Assembly (NCBI GenBank): GCA_965207065.1
Contig: OZ242260.1
Coordinates: forward strand, 3,104,001-3,168,000
Source: a bacterium
GTDB taxonomy: Bacteria > UBA8248
DNA length: 64,000 nucleotides
Direction: 5' to 3'
Every line of letters begins with the position of its first letter. The first letter of the stretch is position 1. A model generated the notes under the pieces. It saw only the letters and a list, made by a program, of their open reading frames with translations, made no database searches and was not told where the DNA came from. The position numbers and the translations under genes were made by a program. Of this stretch, positions 1-13,371 are shown piece after piece.

Positions 1-1
1 G

Positions 2-2242
<2,241 letters not shown>

Positions 2243-2253
<11 letters not shown>

Positions 2254-2950
2254 CTGGAAGAACCAAGGAGAGCGATTGCGTATCGGGATTCTGGGAGGGA
2301 CATTTAACCCGATTCATTATGGGCACCTCCGCTCCGCCGAAGAGGTGCGTAAAGCGCTGATGCTTGATGAAATCAGGTTTGTTCCGTCTGCTTTACCTCC
2401 GCATAAGCCGCAAGATGATGTTGCCTCCGCGGCTGATAGACTTGATATGGTTCGGATTGCATTGGAAGGTTACCCCCCGTATGTATGTGATCCCGTTGAA
2501 ATAGAGCGGGGAGGGTCATCTTATACTCTTGATACCTTGAATGAACTGACGAGTAAGAAACTCGATAATGATCATCTGTTTTTTATCATTGGTGCGGATG
2601 CGTTTCTTGAGCTGGGTACATGGTACAAGCCAAAAGATGTGTTACACGCCGTCAATTTTGCTGTTACTTTGCGAGGAAACCAAAAAACTTCAGAGTATTT
2701 TCAAGCGCTTCTCCGCGTAATCCAAGAAATTGAACCAAAGTATTGCATGGTTGAGCCCATGAAAGAAGCTGAATTAATTGACCAAAAGCGAGTCATAAAA
2801 TTTATTCCGATTACTGAAGTTGATATTTCGGCAACCCGGATCAGGCAGTGCATAAAAGATTCATCTTCCATAGAGCATTTATTGCCACGCGAAGTCGAAC
2901 TATTTATAATTCGCCGCCGATTATATGGGCATTCGGGAAATCTGACCTGA
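2243..2950 (+). CDS. nadD: Nicotinate-nucleotide adenylyltransferase
   Basis: GGTFNPIHYGH, PPHK, SYTLDT, IIGAD, ISATRIR; start codon uncertain. Confidence 0.95.
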
Positions 2951-2972
2951 AGATTGAGGAGGATCGAGACCC

Positions 2973-3329
2973 ATTAAGAAACTAGAGGATCGGCTTCATG
3001 CTCTTCAGGAGTCATTGGAAGCGAAGAAAGCGATGGATGTAGTGCTTTTAGACCTTAGGCCTTTATCTGTCGAGGTTGATGCATTTTTGATTTGTCATGG
3101 AACGAGCCTTCGGCATGTGAAAGCGCTTTGTGAAGCGGCAAGGGAAAAACTGAAGAAAATCGGTGATTCTGTATTTTTGACGGAAGGGTTAGAAGAGGGA
3201 AATTGGGTGTTGATGGATTGTGGCGATTTTCTTGTCCACATATTCAACGAAAAGAGTCGAGAATTTTATCGGCTGGAAGATTTATGGTCACACGCATCCG
3301 TCATCAAGCCAATGGCACCTAGCGCTTAA
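2973..3329 (+). CDS. rsfS: Ribosome silencing factor RsfS (probable ATT start)
   Basis: KKAMDVVLLD, WVLMDCGDFLVHIF, REFYRLEDLW; GAGGAGGA at 2956-2963 precedes an in-frame ATT at 2973. Confidence 0.92.
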   Translation: MKKLEDRLHALQESLEAKKAMDVVLLDLRPLSVEVDAFLICHGTSLRHVKALCEAAREKLKKIGDSVFLTEGLEEGNWVLMDCGDFLVHIFNEKSREFYRLEDLWSHASVIKPMAPSA

Positions 3330-3345
3330 GTCATCTGAATGAAAG

Positions 3346-3723
3346 TTGAGGTTCAAATTGAAGCATTTGACGAAAAAACAGTTGGAAGATTTAGAAGTAA
3401 GATTGAATGAAGTTCGCCGTGAAATATTGGGAGATGTGGAGAAAAGTAAGATACACACCAAAGAAATTGGTGATGATGGGACTCAAGATATTGCGGATAT
3501 GGCCGCCGACACATATTCTCGTCAGGTATTAATGGATTTAGGAGAAAGGGAGCGAGAACGTTTGCGAGAAGTTGAAGCGGCATTCCAGAGGATGGAAGAT
3601 GGACTTTATGGTATTTGTGAGGACTCGGATGAGCCGATTCCTTTTTCCCGCCTGGAAGCGATCCCTTATGCGCGTTATACAGTGGCGGCTCAGAACGCAA
3701 TTGAAAGGCGCGGCGGTAGTTAG
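3346..3723 (+). CDS. DksA/TraR family transcription factor (single-Cys variant)
   Basis: DIADMA coiled-coil tip motif, GLYGICEDSDEPIPFSRLEAIPYA. Confidence 0.88.
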   Translation: MRFKLKHLTKKQLEDLEVRLNEVRREILGDVEKSKIHTKEIGDDGTQDIADMAADTYSRQVLMDLGERERERLREVEAAFQRMEDGLYGICEDSDEPIPFSRLEAIPYARYTVAAQNAIERRGGS

Positions 3724-3744
3724 ATACCGGACGGTGAGTTACGA

Positions 3745-5016
3745 ATGAAAATTCGGACTCTCCTCATTTTGGCAGCTCCGGTTGCGGCTGCTGTCTATTT
3801 TCTGCACTTCAATCGAGAAATCATTGACCTGCGTCTCACCGAAGCCTGGTCTGTGCGAGTTCCATTAGCTCTTGTGGTAATCGGAGCGGCTCTCATTGGT
3901 TCGTTTTTGGCTTCTGTTCTTGGGTGGGGCGACGCTGCACTCGGTTGGATATCGCGTAAGAAGATCTCCAAGAAACAAAAACGTTTACATCGCGCCCAGG
4001 AGCGATTTACCAGGGCTCAAAGCCTCGGAATTCAAGGTAAAAGAAGGCGCGCTCGAAGAGAAGTCAAGCGTGCACTCAAGGACGATCCTTCTTTTATGCC
4101 AGCCTTGAGGCTAGCTGCCGATTTGGCGATAGATTCTGGAAACCCCAATGACGCTATTCAATGGAATGAACGCCTTCGTGCTGTGACGAACAACTCGCCT
4201 GATTCTATTATCCGATTGTCTGAGACTCTCGATCATTCCGGCCAGGCAAAAGAAGCTCTCGAGCTACTTGCGCGAAACAGTAGAGGGAGAGGCGCGAGCC
4301 CTCAGGTGTTGCGAAAACTCCGGGATATGTACCTGGAAAACGGCCGTCTCGAAGCTGCTGTCGAAATTTGCGAGAAACTCTCACAGACGGGAGTATCGGA
4401 TTTGGTTCGACAAGAAGATACCCTAATCGCTGGTCGCGCGTATCTGGCGATTGGTGAGGCGAAATTAAATGGTTCTGACCCAGAGACGGCCATTCCGTCT
4501 TTAGAACGGGCTCTACGCCATCTGGCCAACGAGAAAAACGCATATCTTTTGTTGGGTGATGCGCAGTTAGCAGCAGGTCGTGAACGACGAGCTCTACGTA
4601 CTTGGGAAAATGGCTATCAGACTTTGGGTGGTTTAGAGTTTCTACAAAGGCTAGCGTCATCAGTTGGGCCTTTGGAGTCACAGAGCGCGAAAAAAAAAGC
4701 TGCTGCAAATATTCAATCAGCAGGGAAGCGCAGGGAGAAGGATATATATCATAACGTGTTACATGCAGCGTTAATGCTCGAAACAGGTCAAATCGAGAAA
4801 GTCGAAAAAAGTTTGGAACAGGCATCTGCGAAGACCATGTCCATAGAGGGTGAGGATTCTTGGGTACGCCTGGCTCTTCATTTGATTGAAGCGCGATGTT
4901 TACAGGAAAAAGGCGAGAGGCTGGCAGCAGAAAATGAATTCAAAAAAACAGCGCAAGAGGCATCAAGAATTCTTTTGGGCAAATCAATTTCTGGAACGGA
5001 GTTGAAGCCATATTGA
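3745..5016 (+). CDS. LapA-like N-terminal membrane domain fused to TPR repeats (LapB-like)
   Basis: Two hydrophobic segments flanking FNREIIDLRL...VPLALVV, followed by helical TPR-like repeats; no C-terminal rubredoxin CxxC pairs. Confidence 0.6.
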   Translation: MKIRTLLILAAPVAAAVYFLHFNREIIDLRLTEAWSVRVPLALVVIGAALIGSFLASVLGWGDAALGWISRKKISKKQKRLHRAQERFTRAQSLGIQGKRRRARREVKRALKDDPSFMPALRLAADLAIDSGNPNDAIQWNERLRAVTNNSPDSIIRLSETLDHSGQAKEALELLARNSRGRGASPQVLRKLRDMYLENGRLEAAVEICEKLSQTGVSDLVRQEDTLIAGRAYLAIGEAKLNGSDPETAIPSLERALRHLANEKNAYLLLGDAQLAAGRERRALRTWENGYQTLGGLEFLQRLASSVGPLESQSAKKKAAANIQSAGKRREKDIYHNVLHAALMLETGQIEKVEKSLEQASAKTMSIEGEDSWVRLALHLIEARCLQEKGERLAAENEFKKTAQEASRILLGKSISGTELKPY

Positions 5017-5219
5017 TGCGTTTCGCAGAATATTGTTGTGATTGCACGAGCAAAATGATTGGTATTGATGGTAATGGCTGCAACTTAGGTTCTCTTTTTT
5101 GCAGGATTTCAAAGATTTTGGAATGGCAATGTAAATGCGTGATACCTTGACTTATGGTTTGCTACAGCCTAGTTTGGAAAGGTTGTATCCTTCCAACGCA
5201 TATCGCCCGGAGAATCCCG

Positions 5220-5678
5220 ATGAATCAAATCGCTCTTGCAGCTGATCATGGAGGATACGAACTCAAAGAGGCGGTCAAACAACTGCTCGATGAGAGAGCG
5301 ATTACGTACCGTGATTTTGGGACGAACTCGGATGAATCTTGCGATTACCCGGATTATGCGGTGCCGGCCGCGCGTTCGGTGAGCGAAGGTATATCCGAGC
5401 GGGGAATTTTCTGTTGTGGATCGGCCGCTGGTATGGTTATCGTGGCGAATAAATTTCCGGGTGTTCGCGCCGTTGCCTGTCAAAATGAATGGGCTGCTCG
5501 TATGAGCCGCTTGCACAACGATGCCAATATTTTGGCTATGGGTGGCCGGGTGGTAAGCCTCGAGGAGGCGAAAAGAATTGTAACTATTTGGCTGGAAACA
5601 GAGTTTGAAGGCGGGCGGCACGCCCGTCGTTTGGATAAGATTACCGATATAGAAGATGCGCCCCAACCAGCATCTTGA
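5220..5678 (+). CDS. rpiB: Ribose-5-phosphate isomerase B
   Basis: IALAADHGGYELK, DYPD, CGS, ANKFPGVRA, HNDAN, FEGGRHARR. Confidence 0.96.
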   Translation: MNQIALAADHGGYELKEAVKQLLDERAITYRDFGTNSDESCDYPDYAVPAARSVSEGISERGIFCCGSAAGMVIVANKFPGVRAVACQNEWAARMSRLHNDANILAMGGRVVSLEEAKRIVTIWLETEFEGGRHARRLDKITDIEDAPQPAS

Positions 5679-5705
5679 TAATCCTACTGCCCGGACTAAA
5701 TTCTT

Positions 5706-6170
5706 ATGAAATGTCCGATTTGTAGTCACTCTGAAAGCAAGGTGGTCGACAGCCGGACGACCAAGGTAGGAAATGCGATTCGCAGAAGACGGGAATGCGA
5801 GAAATGCGCACACCGTTTTACGACTTACGAAAGGGCGGAAGTTTCTTGGCCGCTCATCGTTAAGAAAGATGGCACACGCGTTAATTACCTCCGTGACAAA
5901 ATCAGCATAGGTATCGAGAAGGCGCTGGAGAAGAGACCTGTATCCGCTGAAGATCAAGAGGCGATTGTCGACCGGGTTGAGCGCTATATTCTTGATAGTG
6001 GCGAGAAAGAGATTTCGACAGAAGCGATAGGTGCAAAACTGATGGACGAGTTGAGGGAAGTGGATGAAGTCGCCTATGTACGTTTCGCATCGGTCTATCG
6101 CTCATTTGGAACCCTCAAAGATTTCGAAGCTGAATTGGAAAAATTGGAAGAACGCAGCAATAGGGAATAA
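5706..6170 (+). CDS. nrdR: Transcriptional repressor NrdR
   Basis: MKCPIC, IRRRRECEKC, RFTTYE, ATP cone, VAYVRFASVY. Confidence 0.97.
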   Translation: MKCPICSHSESKVVDSRTTKVGNAIRRRRECEKCAHRFTTYERAEVSWPLIVKKDGTRVNYLRDKISIGIEKALEKRPVSAEDQEAIVDRVERYILDSGEKEISTEAIGAKLMDELREVDEVAYVRFASVYRSFGTLKDFEAELEKLEERSNRE

Positions 6171-6273
6171 AGAATCATTTATTTCAACAAACTATTTTGG
6201 TCCGCTCTACCACGGTCCTGCCAGATGAATACCAAGTCATGTACGTTGTATGGATTCTTCCATCGGTGCAGCT

Positions 6274-7485
6274 TCATTCACTGATGGTTTCACCCGCGGG
6301 GTCAGCACCCCTGTGGGAAGCGCCGGATGCCAGCAAACTCTCGATTTCTTCATCTTGAAACCCATGTTCCATTAGTATTTCAACTGAATGTTCTCCCAAT
6401 CGGGGTGGCGGGAGAGAGTCTCTTATAGGCAGGTTAGAGAATTTTGGCGCCGGCCGCGTGCCGGGATAAGTACCTATGACAGGATGTTGATAATCCCTAA
6501 CGAGTCCACTTGATTGTACCTGTGTGTGTCCGAAGCTTTCGTGCATATTTAGTGCTGGACTCACGCATACATCTGCGCCATCAAAATGCGCAATCCACTC
6601 CTCGAGTGTCTTCGATTGAAATGTATTATTGAGTGTTTGAATCACTTCCAGTCGGCGCTCGCCTCTGGCTCCATAATCGTCATAAAAATCTTCGTGCCCG
6701 ATAAGTTTGCACAAATTCACCCAAAATTTCGGCTCCGAGCACGCGACGGAAAGCATCCGACCGTCTTTGGTTGGGTAGAGACGATAACATGGCCTCCGGC
6801 CATTATGTCGCATTTCTTCACGCCCTGGACTCTGGCCCGTCGAGAGATATGTTTGTCCATGAATGGATAGAAAACTCATCACGGCATCAAGCATCGACAT
6901 GTCGATAAATTGTCCAACGCCCGTCCGCTCAGAGAGGCGCAATGCTGCAAGTATGGCGAAAGCCGCCCACATTCCGGCGCCCACATCCCCGATGAGTACT
7001 CCGGGTACATACGGAGGACTCCCAGCGGCGCCAGTGAGTTCTACGACGCCTCCCAGGGCCTGGAAGTTCAAATCGTGTCCCGGGGCTCGAGCCAGCGGGC
7101 CATCTTGTCCATATCCCGTGATAGAGCAATGGACGAGGGCTGGGTTTTCTTTTTTGAGTCTTTGATAGCCAATGCCAAGGCGCTCCATCACCCCGGGCCT
7201 AAAGCTATCGACGAGCACGTCTGTATTTTTCACCAAATCAAGAAGAACGGATACACCGTCTTGATTTTTAAGGTCCAGAGCCAAGGAGCGTTTGTTACGG
7301 TTGTAACAGAGGTGAAGAGGAGAAACGCCATGTTCATCGAAAGGAGATGCGAGGCGGATATAATCACCACGCATCGGTTCTTCTACTTTGATGACATCCG
7401 CTCCCATATCGGCGAGCATCAAAGTGCATTGCCCGCCGGGAAGCAGGCGGCTTAAGTCTAGAACACGTACATCAGTTAGCGGCAT
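6274..7485 (-). CDS. CaiB/BaiF family III CoA-transferase
   Basis: VLDLSRLLPG, LADMGADVIKVE, NRNKRS, FRPGVMERLG, GHDLN. Confidence 0.93.
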   Translation of the reverse strand: MPLTDVRVLDLSRLLPGGQCTLMLADMGADVIKVEEPMRGDYIRLASPFDEHGVSPLHLCYNRNKRSLALDLKNQDGVSVLLDLVKNTDVLVDSFRPGVMERLGIGYQRLKKENPALVHCSITGYGQDGPLARAPGHDLNFQALGGVVELTGAAGSPPYVPGVLIGDVGAGMWAAFAILAALRLSERTGVGQFIDMSMLDAVMSFLSIHGQTYLSTGQSPGREEMRHNGRRPCYRLYPTKDGRMLSVACSEPKFWVNLCKLIGHEDFYDDYGARGERRLEVIQTLNNTFQSKTLEEWIAHFDGADVCVSPALNMHESFGHTQVQSSGLVRDYQHPVIGTYPGTRPAPKFSNLPIRDSLPPPRLGEHSVEILMEHGFQDEEIESLLASGASHRGADPAGETISE

Positions 7486-7663
7486 CCCTCAATATTCCTT
7501 TTGATTATTGGAAGTTAGTAGAGTTTCCAATCCGATATCATTCGACGTTTTAAAGATCAAATTGAGTGAGAGCGCAAAAGTTCTTTTTTTAACCTTTTAT
7601 CCTTTCGCAAAGATGGGCTACTCTAACCGACTCTGCAGGACAGGGCGATTGGAATGGTTTTGA

Positions 7664-8974
<1,311 letters not shown>

Positions 8975-9064
8975 AGTGCCTTGCAACATTCTGTATTATT
9001 AAGCTTTAGGGATTACAGTGCATCATGTAGTTCGAATCGAATTCCAGATTGAATCGATAAGATT

Positions 9065-10420
9065 TTACTTCGACAGATAGATATGCACCAGGCCGGATTG
9101 ATCGACAAAAGCGATGTCGTCTTTCGTATCTTGGTTGAAATCTGCAGCGAGTATGTTGGAGCGAACGGGTGAGGGAATAGGCCGCGACCATCTAAAAGAC
9201 CAGCGATTTCCGAATAGTGCGAGCCCGCTCAAATGCTGCCGACTGGCTTCTTGCGCTACGACTTCCACAACGCCTCTTCTCCTCAGTAATGTGAATTCCC
9301 AAAGGTTTCGAGAACCAACCGAATGTGTAGTGACACCAGCGATTCGGGCTCGCTCGCGGAGTCGCTTGCCGCTAAGCCGCAACGCCAGTAAAAAACCTGA
9401 CAGGTGGGGAGTTTCAACGGCCAGAATTTTCGGAGCGTTGCCATCTATGTAAAATACGCCCAAAAGATGCGACCAGCGATTTCCGGTCCCGATTGCGCTG
9501 CTTCGTGCTTTCAGCGTGAATTTCCCCTCCTTCATTCCCAAAACGAGATGAGCTGCCCCACTGTCGGAATCACTCTGAGTGACTAGAATTTCCTGTTTCC
9601 CATCCTTGTCCAAGTCAGAGGTAAGGGTGCCAATTGTTTCGAAAACACCACTCTTGGTGGCGCTGTATTTGGCCATGAATTTTAGAGATTTATTGTTGAA
9701 TCGATATGCGTGAATTTCCGTAGGTTCGATGTCATCGCCGAGGACGGCGTGCTTGTAACGTCTGGATGGTACAGCAGGTACGATGAGTTCTTTTCTTCCA
9801 TCTCCATCCAGATCAGCTGTAGTTAGAATAGCATCTGGTAATACTCTTGCAATTTTCGCTTCAATGAGTTGAGTTTGGAGCCATCTGCCCTCTTTTTTTT
9901 TGAATAAAAGTAAGGAGCCATCTACTCCGACCATTGCTACATCATCACTGTCCAAAACAACCGGTTTCGATAGAATTGAAGGGCGAATGCTAGGCCAGAC
10001 GAACAACCAACGCCGTTCTATAGTGTCGACATTGATGAACATTCCACTTTTACCTGCGCCGACAAAGCTCCCGTCGGGCAATTGCGTGGGTGGGACATTT
10101 GCAGCCAGGTCGGAGGGTGTGGGGTGGTCTTGTACATGCGCCCGAAATTGGCCGCCTGATTTTTTAAAGGTGATGGGATGAAAATCGCCATCCATTGTAA
10201 AGGCCAGGAGGAGAGGATTTGCTTTTGAGGAACCTTTTTTGGCTGGTGCTGTCAATAACCACTTCGTTCTGCTCGATACCATTGCGGTGAGTGTCTGGTG
10301 TGTGTCTAGGGTTGTTTCGCCATGTATGTAGTTTTGATATGGGTAAAATGTGAAGGTGCAGACTAGAGCAACCAGAAATGTAAACTTCTTTATCGAAATT
10401 CTCAACATCACATTGTGCAT
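9065..10420 (-). CDS. Secreted FG-GAP/VCBS-like repeat protein
   Basis: N-terminal hydrophobic segment; repeated ADLDGDGRKELIV, SDLDKDGKQEILV, ADFNQDTKDDI motifs. Confidence 0.65.
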   Translation of the reverse strand: MHNVMLRISIKKFTFLVALVCTFTFYPYQNYIHGETTLDTHQTLTAMVSSRTKWLLTAPAKKGSSKANPLLLAFTMDGDFHPITFKKSGGQFRAHVQDHPTPSDLAANVPPTQLPDGSFVGAGKSGMFINVDTIERRWLFVWPSIRPSILSKPVVLDSDDVAMVGVDGSLLLFKKKEGRWLQTQLIEAKIARVLPDAILTTADLDGDGRKELIVPAVPSRRYKHAVLGDDIEPTEIHAYRFNNKSLKFMAKYSATKSGVFETIGTLTSDLDKDGKQEILVTQSDSDSGAAHLVLGMKEGKFTLKARSSAIGTGNRWSHLLGVFYIDGNAPKILAVETPHLSGFLLALRLSGKRLRERARIAGVTTHSVGSRNLWEFTLLRRRGVVEVVAQEASRQHLSGLALFGNRWSFRWSRPIPSPVRSNILAADFNQDTKDDIAFVDQSGLVHIYLSK

Positions 10421-10425
10421 GGTTT

Positions 10426-11190
10426 CTACCCTGCTGTTACGCCCCCATCAGAAAGCACAATCGAGCCATTCATGAATTCATTTCCAGGAGAGACCAGAAA
10501 CAGAGCGGTGACCGCCATATTTTCGACCGTTCCGAGTTGATGAAGTGGTATGCCCTCCAGCCTGGACTTAAGATATTCAGGTTTTGCATCGAGCCTCGCT
10601 TTAACGCGCGGGCTTGCAACCAGGCCTGGCGCAAGGCAGTTCACGCGAATTCCCAGAGGCCCTAATTCCAGGGCCAAGCATTTCGTAAGGTGGTGAAGCA
10701 CAGATTTGGTCACTGAATAGAGGCTCGTATCGGCTCGGCCCCGATGGCCTGCCGATGAGCCAATCATCAGGATACAGCCGCTTCTTTGAGGAATCATCAC
10801 CTTGGCCGCTTCGCGGGATGCAATATAGGCGGCTTTTGCATTGACTTCGAATAAGAGGTCGACTTCATCATCCGTTATTTCGACAATGGGTTTGAAGGCA
10901 CGTGTTCCCGCGCAAATGACCAAAATATCAAGACCGCCCAGAAAGTCGACGCCATCATGAATCAGTTGAGACGTACGCTGCGCTATAGATAAATCATAAC
11001 ATTTTCCACCGGCGTTTACGCCATAGTTTTTACACGCATCAATGGTGTTTTGCAGTCCTTGCAGGTCGCTGCCTCCTGCGCCCCATATATGCGCCCCTTC
11101 TTCGGCGTATTTATGGGCGATAGCGGCTCCAATGCCAGTTGATGATCCTGTGATAATGACACGCTTATCCGCCAATAGTTTCGTAGACAT
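10426..11190 (-). CDS. SDR family oxidoreductase
   Basis: TGSSTGIG, YSVTK (YxxxK), IRVNCLAPG, DGG. Confidence 0.93.
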   Translation of the reverse strand: MSTKLLADKRVIITGSSTGIGAAIAHKYAEEGAHIWGAGGSDLQGLQNTIDACKNYGVNAGGKCYDLSIAQRTSQLIHDGVDFLGGLDILVICAGTRAFKPIVEITDDEVDLLFEVNAKAAYIASREAAKVMIPQRSGCILMIGSSAGHRGRADTSLYSVTKSVLHHLTKCLALELGPLGIRVNCLAPGLVASPRVKARLDAKPEYLKSRLEGIPLHQLGTVENMAVTALFLVSPGNEFMNGSIVLSDGGVTAG

Positions 11191-11490
11191 GGATTATCCT
11201 TATACGATGAAGAAAAAACTACGGGTGATGATTATCGAATAGATTGTGATGATGGTAAATACTTTCGATGGTACATGGAGTTAAATTATAGCATGGATAC
11301 GAGCGTCTCGCGGTTGGAATTCGAAGGGGATTGTTCGGGGGTTTTTCTGATTGCTGGTGATTTAACGTAAAACTGAATCCATAAAATATTGAAAAAGATA
11401 CTTTATCTTATTACCCATATGAATTGCTTGGAAGTGCAATAGTGATATCAGGGTTCGATGAATATTTTTGGAATCAGGGTTGTTTGACAT

Positions 11491-11934
11491 ATGAAAGGAA
11501 AGAAAATGAACAAAAAAGTAGAGCATCTCCATTGGCCGGATGCACCTGATCTGTGGATGCCTTATGCGCCGGTTATCAAAGTAACTGGGGGTAGCCTTGT
11601 ATTTCTGGCCGGAGTAACCGCTGCACCCGTATATCATCATCATCCGCATCGACCGGAAGAATTTGACGCCATGCCTCGAGATATGGAGAGGCAGGCACGG
11701 GCGGCTCTAGAGAATTTGAAAAAAAGTCTAGAAGCAGTGGACGCCGATTTTAGCGATGTCGTTTCCGCCAACCGATTCGTAACTGACTTGGCAGACCAAG
11801 ATTCTCTGAATAAGGTTTGGGCGGAATATTTTGGGGAAAACAAACCAACCACCACGACTGTTCAGGTGGTTCAACTGGCTACAGATCCGCGTTGTCTCAT
11901 CGAGGTGAATGCCTTGGTCGTAGTCGATTCATGA
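11491..11934 (+). CDS. RidA/YjgF family protein
   Basis: LVFLAG, QARAALENLK, LNKVWAEYF, P-T-T-VQV, LIEVNA; start may be 11506. Confidence 0.85.
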   Translation: MKGKKMNKKVEHLHWPDAPDLWMPYAPVIKVTGGSLVFLAGVTAAPVYHHHPHRPEEFDAMPRDMERQARAALENLKKSLEAVDADFSDVVSANRFVTDLADQDSLNKVWAEYFGENKPTTTTVQVVQLATDPRCLIEVNALVVVDS

Positions 11935-12075
11935 TGAGAGATCTGAACCCATAACTCATACTTGGAAGATAACTTGGGCGAAAGCAGGAGATTTTGGCTC
12001 TTGTCAGAGCGAGTCACCCTTTGCTAGCATTAATTTATACAAGAGTATGCGCCCTATTTCCCCACCGAGATTTAG

Positions 12076-13260
12076 ATGTCGATTATACGTCGCTTAAGTA
12101 ATCCAGGAGCCCGAATTAAAGCTTTGGAAGGACGCTTGCAACAATATCCCTCCTCGGCTGCTTTTTTCCCTTTGGCGTCTCTATTGTGGGAGAAAGGCGA
12201 AGCAGACCAAGCCGAAAATCTCCTGAAAAGTGGACTTTCTACTTATCCTAACTACGCAGCCGCGGGTGTTCTGCTTGGAGAAATACTCATCTCGAAAGAT
12301 GACCACGAACAGGCAGCCCGCTTTATCGCAAAAGCGCTGGAAATAGCACCATGGAATATTTCGGGTCAGCGTCTTTTGGCTGAATGTTATCAGAAAGAGG
12401 GCGATGGGGAGGCCGAGCAAATCGCGCTTAAAGCAGCCAATATGTTCGAGGCCGATAAAGCAGTTTCCCAAGATGTGGTGGCCGATAGCAATGTTGATAA
12501 AGCTTCAGTTGTTGATCCTGAGGATGAATTGGGTGAAGTGGTCACGCCGGCTCTTGCTGAACTTTATCAGGCTCAGGGGCATCTGGATAATGCCCGGGAT
12601 GTCTACGAACGTCTTTTAGAGTCAGATCCTGCTAATATCCAATGGAATGAGAGATTAGCTGCTATTCGTAAGGAACTATCGCAGCACGAGGATGTTGATA
12701 CACCCACGGGATACCCCGGAACGGAAGCAAATCTCGATTTGATAGCAGGTGAAGTTAAATGCGAAGCAGAATTACCCGATGAGGCAAAGTCGGGTGCTGT
12801 TACGCCTGATGAAATCGAACAAGATGAAGTTGGTGCCGAAACATCGTCAGCCGAATCTCAAGAATCAAGCGAGGACTTAAGCCCGACGGGTATAGCATCG
12901 GAAGTCGATGTGGAGGGACCGGAGTACAGAGTCAGCCCAGAAGATGATGTTGTTAGCGAAGAAGCTGTCGACCCTATTTTGCAAAAAATGATAGAACTTT
13001 ATATCCAAGAGGAAAACGACTCCCAGGCACTGGATTTGTGTCGAAAGGCGCAATTCCTGGGAGAAAACACCCCATGGATATTGGAAAAAAAATCGACGCT
13101 TGAGCAAAAAGTGGAAGAATCAACTGCGTCGCTGTTGCGTAATATGGTGGAGGAAGATAAAGACCGGTCGACACCGATTCTCTCTCTCGCTGACAAAAAA
13201 GTTGTGGAAACCTTGGAATGCTGGCTCGAAACGCTGCATCGGCGCAGAGCTAATGTATAA
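12076..13260 (+). CDS. TPR protein with acidic linker
   Basis: TPR-like helices, TPALAELYQAQGH motif, long Glu/Asp-rich linker. Confidence 0.7.
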   Translation: MSIIRRLSNPGARIKALEGRLQQYPSSAAFFPLASLLWEKGEADQAENLLKSGLSTYPNYAAAGVLLGEILISKDDHEQAARFIAKALEIAPWNISGQRLLAECYQKEGDGEAEQIALKAANMFEADKAVSQDVVADSNVDKASVVDPEDELGEVVTPALAELYQAQGHLDNARDVYERLLESDPANIQWNERLAAIRKELSQHEDVDTPTGYPGTEANLDLIAGEVKCEAELPDEAKSGAVTPDEIEQDEVGAETSSAESQESSEDLSPTGIASEVDVEGPEYRVSPEDDVVSEEAVDPILQKMIELYIQEENDSQALDLCRKAQFLGENTPWILEKKSTLEQKVEESTASLLRNMVEEDKDRSTPILSLADKKVVETLECWLETLHRRRANV

Positions 13261-13371
13261 ACCAGTCTGCGCATATTGAATGAATAACTTGACATATCGG
13301 GATGAGATGGCTGGATGATATACATGACCCGGGTCTATTAATTTCTTCACAAGAAAGCGAGCATATCAGGC

